A stretch of DNA of 64,000 nt from assembly GCA_044426085.1 (NCBI GenBank), contig JAWXUU010000007.1, positions 27,412-91,411 of the forward strand, in the 5' to 3' direction. This document shows, piece after piece, positions 37,902 to 46,621 of this stretch (positions are counted from its first letter, which is position 1; each line of letters opens with the position of its first letter). Source of the stretch: Bacillota bacterium (GTDB lineage: Bacteria; Bacillota; Clostridia; Christensenellales; CAMQZB01). The position numbers and the translations under genes were made by a program. The notes below the pieces were generated by a model. That model searched no databases and was not told the DNA's origin. It was given only the letters and a program-made list of their open reading frames with translations.

Positions 37902-40637
37902 ATGAATATATTGAAAAGAATTGTTGTTTGGATACTAATATTTTGCCTTGTTTTGTCAATCGTTGCATCTGCTGTTTATTCTGTTGCTTACGCTTCAGAC
38001 AGTGAGGATTTTGACAGCAACATGGATACGGCATCTCCAACTTTGGACTACCCTTATTTCGAATTTACAAACATGCATAAAATCGACAAAAACGACGATT
38101 ATATCGTTGTGACTGAACTTATTGGAAGTGACGACGACGCATATTATCTTTACGACGTTTTTGAAGACGATGGAGAATATAAGCATTCTTTTAAAATCAC
38201 CGCTCTTGGCGATTTGCAAAAGGTTCAAATATACGGCAACACTGCCGTTTCGCTCAACTACCTTTCAGACGATAGTTCTATGCTTTACAGCACTATGCTT
38301 ATCGACTACGCAGATAACTACACTGGTTCTTCAAACGCTATGCTAGACCAAGAAACTTCACACTACATAAGAGATTTCACAATTGCTGACGATTATTTAT
38401 ACTACATCAAAGTGGGACTTAGCTCTTCAATCAAGAAAATGAAACTCGGTGGTGGGGTGACTGTCACAACGGCGGGAACGGAATTATCCGTTGATATTGA
38501 CCTTACAAACTTCACAGCAATCGAAAGTTGTGGCAATGATATCATATTTGAAACTGAATATACAAACCTATACCACTTCGACACTGACACTGAAGAACTC
38601 ACCAAGCTTGACACACCTTCTGGAACTGTTATCCAATACGGCGGATATGATAACTATGTTTTTATCTTGACAACTGACGGACTTTATTATTGCGATATTG
38701 AAACTTCAAGCGAATTTGAATTGCTACTAGAAGTTACCGATGAATATTCTACCGACACAAACATCGTTGACCCTGTTTCTTTCGCAGTTGCATACGAAGG
38801 CGGACTTGTGAAAATTTACATCGCCGATAACGAAGGTGCAATGGCGCTTAAGAGTTTCTCTCTTTCTGAAGGCATGCTTGTTTCTGGTATGTTTTCTATT
38901 TATTCTTTCTCTTCTTCCGAAGAGGGATACAACACGCCTACAAGCCTTTCTTCTTCATACGATGCCTACGTTGTTGCCGATTCTGGCAACAACCGCGTGA
39001 AAGTTATTGAAGATGGCGACGATATCAGTATTTTTTATACTGTGGATGCAGACGGAGATTACATCACCCCAATTTATGCGGGGATTGATTACCAAAAAAA
39101 TATATACGTGATTTCTGACGATAACGAACTTTTTGTTTACACATCAAGTGGAAATTATGTTTGCATGTTTGACAGCTTTGAAGGTTCTTCTTTCAGAAGC
39201 ATATACGGACTTGACGTTTCGCCATACGACAGCGTTTGTTATTTTGCGAGCGCGACAACGATTTATGCATACAACCACTCTACTGGCGAGCTATATAACC
39301 CTGTTCCAAGCATTACACGCGGGGACGGAATCGCAATCGATTATTACAACTTCTATGCCGGCATATATGATGACGACACATTGGATGTTTATTCACTTGC
39401 AACGGGAGAACTTATATATTCAGAATCTAAACTTGATTATATTGGGGATTTATATTCTGTTGTGTTTGATTTAAAGGGCAATTTTTATGCACTTTGCTCT
39501 AGTTCTTCTTATTCTGTCGTTTCGAAATATTCACTTATTGGTGAAGACCACGATGATTATGAAGAGGGAGTTATCGGGTTTGAAAGGGTTGCTTCTTCCG
39601 CGTTCAACGAAGAAGAAAACAACAACTTTATCATGATGACAATCAACTTTGAAGAGGAAATGGCATACTTTATCCGCGAAGATGAACACCGCGTTTATGA
39701 AACTGATGACTTGTTTGATGATTTATATGTGCAATACGATATTGATTGCGACATTCCAAACAACATTTTTGAACTTATGGAATCTGAAGACGTTCAAATT
39801 CTTGACGTGCTTGATTCTGGAAACAGCTTGCTTTTGCCTGTAAGCAAAAATGATGACTACTACCCTTCTGGATACGCAATCATTCGACCAATCAGACTTG
39901 CTGAAAATTCAAAAGTTATTGTGACTGGATATTCTGATGATGGGGAACTTTGCTACGTTCTTTATAACAATTCGGTTGGATTTATGTATACTAGCGCACT
40001 TGCAGAATGCGAAAGCGAAGCTGAACTTCCTTTTGAAGATGCACTTTCACTTCACGATAATGCCTACATTTATAAATATCCACTTTCTACAACTTCCGAT
40101 TTAGTTCCGCTTTACGGATACGCTCAAATTGAAAAAGACACACCTATCACTGTTGTCAACCTTGCAAATGACTACGTTTGCCCAATGGGTATGCTTTGGT
40201 ATCGCGTGGAAGCTGAAGTTGATGGAGAAGTTCTTGTTGGATACATGCCTAGATACAACGTTGTTGAAAATTCGACAGAAACTGACGACACTTATGAATA
40301 CGGAAGAATCAATGCTAATCTTTTTGAAGGTTACGCAACTGTTTATGCCGATGAAGGGGTGACTGAACTTGGCAAGAAAATTTATGACGGTGAAAAGGTT
40401 GAAATCCTTGCTGAGCGTGGCGATTATTATTACGTTCGCGAAGCTGACCCAACTGGCGACACTGCAATTGAAGGTTACGTTTTGAAAGAACTTGTGACAA
40501 CTGATTCACAAACGAGATCATTCACAATCGCAATTGTTTTGATTATTTTGCTTGTTATTGCTGTTATCATTATCGTCGCTGTTAAGATTAGACATAAAAA
40601 GAAAGGTATAAATAAATATCTCGACGATCTTTCTTGA
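37902..40637 (+). CDS. Large surface protein: signal peptide, beta-propeller with NHL-type blade(s), three SH3b-like domains, C-terminal TM anchor
   Basis: Signal peptide ...SAVYSVAYA/SD. NHL-like YVVADSGNNRVKVIE. Repeated blade-like segments. SH3b-like GEKVEILAERGDYYYV...EGYVLKELV. Terminal TM FTIAIVLIILLVIAVIIIVAV followed by KIRHKKK. The ATG at 37902 is preferred over the GTG at 37884. Confidence 0.8.
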   Translation: MNILKRIVVWILIFCLVLSIVASAVYSVAYASDSEDFDSNMDTASPTLDYPYFEFTNMHKIDKNDDYIVVTELIGSDDDAYYLYDVFEDDGEYKHSFKITALGDLQKVQIYGNTAVSLNYLSDDSSMLYSTMLIDYADNYTGSSNAMLDQETSHYIRDFTIADDYLYYIKVGLSSSIKKMKLGGGVTVTTAGTELSVDIDLTNFTAIESCGNDIIFETEYTNLYHFDTDTEELTKLDTPSGTVIQYGGYDNYVFILTTDGLYYCDIETSSEFELLLEVTDEYSTDTNIVDPVSFAVAYEGGLVKIYIADNEGAMALKSFSLSEGMLVSGMFSIYSFSSSEEGYNTPTSLSSSYDAYVVADSGNNRVKVIEDGDDISIFYTVDADGDYITPIYAGIDYQKNIYVISDDNELFVYTSSGNYVCMFDSFEGSSFRSIYGLDVSPYDSVCYFASATTIYAYNHSTGELYNPVPSITRGDGIAIDYYNFYAGIYDDDTLDVYSLATGELIYSESKLDYIGDLYSVVFDLKGNFYALCSSSSYSVVSKYSLIGEDHDDYEEGVIGFERVASSAFNEEENNNFIMMTINFEEEMAYFIREDEHRVYETDDLFDDLYVQYDIDCDIPNNIFELMESEDVQILDVLDSGNSLLLPVSKNDDYYPSGYAIIRPIRLAENSKVIVTGYSDDGELCYVLYNNSVGFMYTSALAECESEAELPFEDALSLHDNAYIYKYPLSTTSDLVPLYGYAQIEKDTPITVVNLANDYVCPMGMLWYRVEAEVDGEVLVGYMPRYNVVENSTETDDTYEYGRINANLFEGYATVYADEGVTELGKKIYDGEKVEILAERGDYYYVREADPTGDTAIEGYVLKELVTTDSQTRSFTIAIVLIILLVIAVIIIVAVKIRHKKKGINKYLDDLS

Positions 40638-40657
40638 TTATCACAAAGGAGAATACC

Positions 40658-41515
40658 ATGAACATTTTTGAAATTTCTAATAAATTTTTAACTGTTACCC
40701 TTTCTGATATGGGTGGCGAAATGCAAAGCGTTAAACTTTTGGGTGAAGATAGGCTTTGGCGTGGCGACAGTGCTTTTTGGAAGTATCACGCACCATTTTT
40801 GTTCCCAATCGTTGGCAGATTGAATGAAAACCAAGCTGTTATCAAAGGTGGAAAATATGCGATGAATCAACACGGACTCAACCGCATTGCACTTCACCAA
40901 ATGGTGGAAAAAAGCGAAAGTTCTATCACTTTTTGTTTTTCTTCTGACAGCGAAACTTTGAAAGCTTTCCCATATGAATTTGAACTTTACACTAAATACA
41001 CTTTGATTGGCAAAAAAGTTGAAATTATTGTGACTATCAAAAACAAAAATGATGTGGCTTTGCCTTGCTCGGTTGGGGCGCACCCTGCTTTCCCAATTGA
41101 CCTACATGAAGGTGACACGCTTGAAAATTATGAGGTTGTTTTTGAAAATGAAGAAACCGGGCTCACACAACTTCTTGTGAGCGATGCGGGACTTTACTGC
41201 GGTGAAAAAGTATGCGATAAAATTCAGGTTGTGGAAATTGACGAAAAGAGCCTTAATGGGACTATCATTTATAAAGATTTCAAATCAAACTGGGTTTCTC
41301 TTGTGAGAAAGGAAACTGGCGAAAAGGTTTCTTCTTTCCTTGGCGGACACGAACTTATCGCGTTTTGGAAATGCGAAAATGCTCCTTTCCTTTGCCTTGA
41401 ACCTTGGAATGGAATCGCTGACCCCGAAGGTTATACTGGCGATTTCGAAAAAAAACCATACATTGAAAAAATTGATGACGAAAAGAGTTATGATTTTTCA
41501 ATCAAGTTTGAATAA
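40658..41515 (+). CDS. Aldose 1-epimerase family protein (LacX/YihR-like)
   Basis: FLFPIVGRL, GAHPAF, LEPWNG. Start at the ATG at 40658, after AAGGAG. Confidence 0.88.
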   Translation: MNIFEISNKFLTVTLSDMGGEMQSVKLLGEDRLWRGDSAFWKYHAPFLFPIVGRLNENQAVIKGGKYAMNQHGLNRIALHQMVEKSESSITFCFSSDSETLKAFPYEFELYTKYTLIGKKVEIIVTIKNKNDVALPCSVGAHPAFPIDLHEGDTLENYEVVFENEETGLTQLLVSDAGLYCGEKVCDKIQVVEIDEKSLNGTIIYKDFKSNWVSLVRKETGEKVSSFLGGHELIAFWKCENAPFLCLEPWNGIADPEGYTGDFEKKPYIEKIDDEKSYDFSIKFE

Positions 41516-41561
41516 TTCATAAGTTTGAATGGTGAATAAACTTTGATGGCGAATTAATATA

Positions 41562-41600
41562 AAACAAAAGCGGTAGATTTTTTTCTACCGCTTTTTTGCA
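41562..41600. terminator. Bidirectional terminator
   Basis: Stem AGCGGTAGA / TCTACCGCT with a T-rich loop. A-run before and T6 after. Confidence 0.85.
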
Positions 41601-41660
41601 TCGTGTTTTGTATTGTGTTTTTTGTTTTATATCGTGTTTTTGTTTTATTTTATTCTAGCT

Positions 41661-42257
41661 TTACTGCTCGTCTGTTTTGTTATCAAAATTTATCTTTTTG
41701 AGTGTTTCTTGGGCGAGATAGTGTTTCTTTTGTTTGTTTTGAATTGGTTCAATTCTTTTTTTTCTGGCTTTTTTATAGAATAACATTATAAAAAACGCTA
41801 TTACAAGGCATGACACAACAAACATTCCTGGTGCGGTTTGAACTTTTTCTAGGAACCTTCCACCATCTGACACAACGATTATCACTTCGCCATAAATATC
41901 TTCATCGTAGAGAACAAATTCATCATAGGAATTGTTGATATCCCCTTTCGTGAGATATCCACCTTCCGTTTCCATGGCGATTCTGTGCGTTATGAAATCT
42001 TCACCGCTTGAAAATATCACCACATCGCCAACTTGATAATCCCACGTTCTTTGATAGATGAGCATGTCGCCATCAGAAAAGGTTGGATACATTGAGTTTG
42101 AAACGACAATAGCAGTTGAAAAACCAAAGCAGTTTGGAAATGGGTCTTCTTTTATATACTTAGAATAAAGGTGGCACACATCAATAAGAAGCGCAATCAC
42201 AACGACTGTGCAAATGATGTATTTCAATATTCTTAATGCCACTTTTCCTGCTTTCAT
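41661..42257 (-). CDS. Signal peptidase I, SipW/archaeal (ER) type
   Basis: N-terminal TM, catalytic SNSMYPTF, GDVVIF, ITHRI, and a C-terminal TM helix. Confidence 0.85.
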   Translation of the reverse strand: MKAGKVALRILKYIICTVVVIALLIDVCHLYSKYIKEDPFPNCFGFSTAIVVSNSMYPTFSDGDMLIYQRTWDYQVGDVVIFSSGEDFITHRIAMETEGGYLTKGDINNSYDEFVLYDEDIYGEVIIVVSDGGRFLEKVQTAPGMFVVSCLVIAFFIMLFYKKARKKRIEPIQNKQKKHYLAQETLKKINFDNKTDEQ

Positions 42258-42277
42258 GCTTTTCCTTATGTTGCGAT

Positions 42278-43048
42278 TTATTCTTTATCAAAAGTTATAT
42301 TGCTTTCGCCTTTTTTATATTTCTCGTATTTATCAAAAAGGTTGTATCTTTCTGGACTTACGATTGCGTGGAACATTCTATCCATAGAGCCTTTTATTTC
42401 GTCGTCTAGGTTGTATATCATTTGTTTTACAACTTCGCGCTGTGTTTTCTTGTTTGCGGGACAAGGATTGTGGACTATTGGCATATCTTGTGAAAACCAT
42501 TTTATTTCACGTTCTTTCACATATAAAAGTGGGCGGATAACGCTTATGTCGGTTCTGTCGAGATAGCTGATTGGTGCGAATGTTGAAAGTCTGCCTTCAT
42601 AAAGAAAAGAGAGCCAGAAAGTTTCAACAAGATCGTCAAGATTATGACCAAGTGCCACTTTGTTTCCGCCAAGTTCCAGCGCTTTTGTGTTCAGCGCTCC
42701 CCTGCGCATTTTTGAGCATAGCGAGCATGGATTTTCTTCTTTTCTATCTTCAAATATGATTTGCGCTATGTCGGTTTTTTCGATGTGCAATGGCACATCA
42801 AGTGATGCGACGTATGCTTTTTGAGCGTCCACTTCTTCTTTCACTGTATCCAGAAATCCCATGTCGATTGTGACTGCTGAAAGTTCAAAATCACGTCTTA
42901 TATATTTCTTGTAATGAGAAAGCACTGTCAGCATTGCAAGGGAATCTTTTCCCCCCGAAAGACCCACAATAACGTGGTCGCCTTTTTGTATCATTTTGTA
43001 TTCTTCGTCCGCCTTTCTCATGCGGGATAGCATTTGTTGTAGTTTCAT
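42278..43048 (-). CDS. ttcA: PP-loop ATPase, TtcA-family tRNA thiolation enzyme
   Basis: SGGKDS PP-loop, CSLCSKMRRG and a PCPANK cysteine motif. Confidence 0.85.
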   Translation of the reverse strand: MKLQQMLSRMRKADEEYKMIQKGDHVIVGLSGGKDSLAMLTVLSHYKKYIRRDFELSAVTIDMGFLDTVKEEVDAQKAYVASLDVPLHIEKTDIAQIIFEDRKEENPCSLCSKMRRGALNTKALELGGNKVALGHNLDDLVETFWLSFLYEGRLSTFAPISYLDRTDISVIRPLLYVKEREIKWFSQDMPIVHNPCPANKKTQREVVKQMIYNLDDEIKGSMDRMFHAIVSPERYNLFDKYEKYKKGESNITFDKE

Positions 43049-43259
43049 TTTACCTCGCTAGTGTTTTTTACAATCTTTTGCTTGACTGTTGTTTTTCTTT
43101 ATTATATAATAAATTAGATTTATTTCATTTAATAAACTAGAATTTATATCATTTTGCTGTATTATAATAGCATAATTTCTTATAAAGGTGAAATAAAATA
43201 ATATACAAAAACAAAATAAATGTATCGGAAATGTTATATTTCGCGATTTGGGAGAGAAA

Positions 43260-44114
43260 ATGGATATTATTATCGCAATTTTGTGCGGTGTTTTCCTTGG
43301 TGGGGCAAATGTTATTCCCGGCGTTTCAGGTGGCACTGTTGCCGTTATGCTTGGGATTTATGAGAAATTTGTCGGCAGTATTTCTGATATTACAACCGCT
43401 TTGAAGGATAGAAAATTCAAAGAATTGAAGTCACCGTTGATGTTTTTGATTCCTATTTTCGTGGGCGCTATGCTTGGGATTATCTTGTTTTCCAACATCA
43501 TTTCATACACGCTTGAATATTATTATGAGCTGACAATGTATTCTTTTTTGGGGCTTATTATTGGCTCTGTCCCTTCCCTTGTGAAAAAGACGGGACTTGC
43601 AAAAACTGATTCGCCAGCAATTTATATTCCCATGGTTTTCACTTTCGCGATTGCCCTTTCGCTTTACTTTTTGAAAAGAGTCGGCATTGGCGGGGTGCAA
43701 GTTTCTGAAGCTAGCATACTGTGGCTTTTTGTTTGCGGAATTATCGCAAGCAGTGCCATGATTATTCCTGGGATTTCAGGTTCGTTTTTGCTTATGCTTA
43801 TTGGGGTTTATTCCCTTATTGTGAACTCTGCTGCAGTCATGCTTGACCTTTCACTTTTCACGCAAAATGCCCTTGTTTTGGTGCCATTTGCACTTGGTAT
43901 GCTTGTGGGAATTATCGCGGTTTCAAAAATTATGGATTCGCTACTAAAAAAATATTACAAAGAAACTTTCCTTGCTGTTATTGGTTTTGTTGTAGGTTCG
44001 CTTCCAATTCTTGCGGTTGACCTTTCAAACATAAACGCCATTTTTGCAATCATTGCATGCGTGATTTGCGCTGTTATTAGCTTCCTGCTCATGACACTCA
44101 AAAAAGGCGAATAG
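43260..44114 (+). CDS. DUF368 family membrane protein (family implicated in undecaprenyl-phosphate recycling)
   Basis: Duplicated IPGVSGGT / IPGISGSF motifs and about 8 TM helices. Start at the ATG at 43260, after GGGAGAG. Confidence 0.88.
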   Translation: MDIIIAILCGVFLGGANVIPGVSGGTVAVMLGIYEKFVGSISDITTALKDRKFKELKSPLMFLIPIFVGAMLGIILFSNIISYTLEYYYELTMYSFLGLIIGSVPSLVKKTGLAKTDSPAIYIPMVFTFAIALSLYFLKRVGIGGVQVSEASILWLFVCGIIASSAMIIPGISGSFLLMLIGVYSLIVNSAAVMLDLSLFTQNALVLVPFALGMLVGIIAVSKIMDSLLKKYYKETFLAVIGFVVGSLPILAVDLSNINAIFAIIACVICAVISFLLMTLKKGE

Positions 44115-44131
44115 ATTTATTTTCAAAAAAC

Positions 44132-44170
44132 AAAAGGTGCACATCAGTTCGATCTGCACCTTTTTATTTT
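44132..44170 (+). terminator. Rho-independent terminator of the DUF368 gene
   Basis: GGTGCAcAT...ATcTGCACC stem, followed by TTTTTATTTTTT. Confidence 0.8.
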
Positions 44171-44172
44171 TT

Positions 44173-44279
44173 AATCTTTAATCTTTAATCTTTAATTTTT
44201 ATCGAGCTCGCAGAGCGAAGCCTATTTTTAATTTTTAATTTTTAATTTTCAATTTTTAATTTTCAATTTTTAATTTTTA
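44173..44279. repeat. Heptamer-array / GC-hairpin element, copy B
   Basis: Order is (AATCTTT)x3, AATTTTT, ATCGAGCTCGCAGAGCGAAGCCT, then 7 units of AATTTT[T/C]. The last unit runs into the thiI stop codon (44277-44279). Confidence 0.85.
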
Positions 44280-45437
44280 CGCTTCTTTCAAATTGATGAT
44301 TTCAAGTTTTTCAAGCGCTCTTTCAACAAGACCTTCTACATCTAGTTTAGCTTCTTCTGCTTCTAGTTCTTCTATGCTTGGGCGAATTACTGGATTTTTT
44401 GGCAAGAACACTGTGCAACAGTCTTCATATGGCAAGATTGACGTTTCGAAAGTGCCAATTTTTTGTGAGATTTCGATGATTTCGCTTTTGTCAAATCCGA
44501 TAACTGGGCGGAACACGGGAATTTGAATAACGGCGTTTGTGCACGTCATGCTCTCCACCGTTTGGCTTGCAACTTGACCCAAGTTTTCACCTGTGATAAT
44601 CGCTTGCGAATGTGTGATTTTTGTGAATCTATCGGCAATACGCATCATGAAACGGCGCATGATTGCTATCATATAATCACCGTCGCAGTTTTTGTGGATT
44701 GCTTCTTGGATTTCTGTGAAACCGCAGATTGTGAGAGTCATTCTGTCGTTATAGCCACGCATGATTTTTGCAAGTGACACGACTTTTTCCTTTGCCATAT
44801 CGCTTGTGTATGGATAAGAAAAGAAGTTTAGGCAGTTGACATTCATTCCGCGTTTTGCCATCATATATCCCGCAACAGGGCTGTCGATACCGCCCGACAA
44901 AAGCAATACACCGTTGCCAGAAACTCCGCAAGGAAGACCGCCCACACCTTTTTGGAATTTAGCAAAAACAAAGGTTTTGCCGTTTTCTCTTATGTCGATA
45001 TGAACGATGTGTTGTGGGTTTCTCACGTCAACTTTCAAGCCTTCAGCTTTATCCAAAAGATAGCCACCAACCTCGCGTGAGATATCAACTGATGTTTGCT
45101 TCAATGTTTTATCTGCTCTGTTAGTTTCCACTTTGAAAGTGCCTGTGAAATCTATCATTTCAAGTGCTGTTTCTTTGATTTTTGCGATGTCGGTTGGGAT
45201 TATGTTTGCAACCGAGAAAGAATGGATACCGCAAACTTTTGAAAGCTTTTCGCAAATTTCAAGCTCGTCCGCTTCGTCAAAATTTTCAACGATGTATCTG
45301 CAACGGATTGATTTGAAGTTGTGCTTTATGCCCGCAAGAGCGTTCTTGATATTCTTTTTTAGCTTTGCTTCAAAAAAGGCGATGTTTCTGCCTTTAAGGT
45401 GAATTTCTGCGTATCTGATGATGATTACTTTTTCCAT
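44277..45437 (-). CDS. thiI: tRNA 4-thiouridine(8) synthase ThiI (no rhodanese domain)
   Basis: THUMP-type N-terminus and PP-loop LLSGGIDSPVA. Confidence 0.93.
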   Translation of the reverse strand: MEKVIIIRYAEIHLKGRNIAFFEAKLKKNIKNALAGIKHNFKSIRCRYIVENFDEADELEICEKLSKVCGIHSFSVANIIPTDIAKIKETALEMIDFTGTFKVETNRADKTLKQTSVDISREVGGYLLDKAEGLKVDVRNPQHIVHIDIRENGKTFVFAKFQKGVGGLPCGVSGNGVLLLSGGIDSPVAGYMMAKRGMNVNCLNFFSYPYTSDMAKEKVVSLAKIMRGYNDRMTLTICGFTEIQEAIHKNCDGDYMIAIMRRFMMRIADRFTKITHSQAIITGENLGQVASQTVESMTCTNAVIQIPVFRPVIGFDKSEIIEISQKIGTFETSILPYEDCCTVFLPKNPVIRPSIEELEAEEAKLDVEGLVERALEKLEIINLKEA

Positions 45438-45460
45438 TATATTTTCCTTTTTTGTTTGGT

Positions 45461-46606
45461 TTATTTCATTATTTCTCTCAGTTTTTCAAGCTGAGTTTTT
45501 AAAGTGCACGCAAATTCTTCGATTTCAGTTTGCGTGTTGAAAATTGAAAAACTTATGCGGATTGTTCCGTTTGATGTTATTCCCATTTCTTTTAGTGGAC
45601 GAGATATTGGCTGTTTTGCCGAACATGCCGACCCCATGCCGATTATATATCCTTGCTCTTCGCACATGTGAAGTAGCGTTTCGCCACGCACGCCATCAAA
45701 AGAGACGTTTAAAATATGTGGCGAAGAAGTTTCGCTTGAATTTATTTGCATGTTTGGGACATCTTGAAGTTTTGCGATGATGATATCTTTGTAGCTTTTA
45801 TATTTTGCGATGATATCAGATTGGTCTTTTTGCCAAATTTCCACCGCTTTTGCAAAGCCGAGAATTCCCGCAACGTTTTCTGTGCCACTGCGTTTATTTT
45901 TTTCTTGACCGCCACCGAAAACTTGGTTTTTAAGCTTGTTTGGGTTTTTGATATAAAGTGCACCTACGCCCTTTGGACCGTTGATTTTGTGGGCTGATGC
46001 GGAATATGCATCGACGTTTTCCAAGTTTGCTTTCACCTTACAAAACCCTTGCACGCCATCTGAATGGAAAAATGCAGTGGGGTGTTTTGCCTTTAGCATT
46101 TTTGCAAGCTTTGCGATGTCGTTTATTCCACCCGCTTCGTTGTTCACATGCATAACAGACACCATTGCAACATTTCCGCTTGAAATTTTTTGCGTGTAGT
46201 CTTGCAAATTCACGCTTCCATCGCGGTTGCAAGATATCGTTTCAAAATCGTAGCCTTTTTCTTTCAAATCTTTAAAAATGTTGAAAACGGCGGGGTGCTC
46301 GCAAGCGGAGCAAAGTATTTTGCCGTGGCTTTGGCGTGGCAGATTGCCGAGAATTGCAAGGTTGTTTGATTCTGTTCCACCTGATGTGAAGATGATGCAC
46401 GCAGGATTCGTGATTTTCATTCCCCTTGCGATTATCATTCTTGCTTTATCGATATTTTTTGAAACGGCGATTGAGTTTTTTGTTACTGCTGACGGATTAT
46501 AAAATTCTTCTGTCAGAAAGTGCATCATCACTTTTGCAACTTCTTCGTGCGTTTTTGTTGTGCCCGCGTTGTCTAGATACACGGGGTTTTTCATTTGATT
46601 TTCCAT
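45461..46606 (-). CDS. Cysteine desulfurase (NifS/IscS class V aminotransferase)
   Basis: PLP lysine context SASAHKINGPKG and active-site GSACSA. Adjacent to thiI, as in the Bacillus nifZ-thiI pair. Confidence 0.92.
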   Translation of the reverse strand: MENQMKNPVYLDNAGTTKTHEEVAKVMMHFLTEEFYNPSAVTKNSIAVSKNIDKARMIIARGMKITNPACIIFTSGGTESNNLAILGNLPRQSHGKILCSACEHPAVFNIFKDLKEKGYDFETISCNRDGSVNLQDYTQKISSGNVAMVSVMHVNNEAGGINDIAKLAKMLKAKHPTAFFHSDGVQGFCKVKANLENVDAYSASAHKINGPKGVGALYIKNPNKLKNQVFGGGQEKNKRSGTENVAGILGFAKAVEIWQKDQSDIIAKYKSYKDIIIAKLQDVPNMQINSSETSSPHILNVSFDGVRGETLLHMCEEQGYIIGMGSACSAKQPISRPLKEMGITSNGTIRISFSIFNTQTEIEEFACTLKTQLEKLREIMK

Positions 46607-46621
46607 ACTTTTTTGATGCGA

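Noticed and set aside
40688-41083. 131-aa minus-strand ORF.
   Set aside because: It is antisense to the aldose epimerase gene, which has clear family motifs.
43058-43336. 92-aa minus-strand ORF in the ttcA/DUF368 intergenic region.
   Set aside because: It runs through the AT-rich promoter region and overlaps the DUF368 start. Low-complexity sequence with no RBS.
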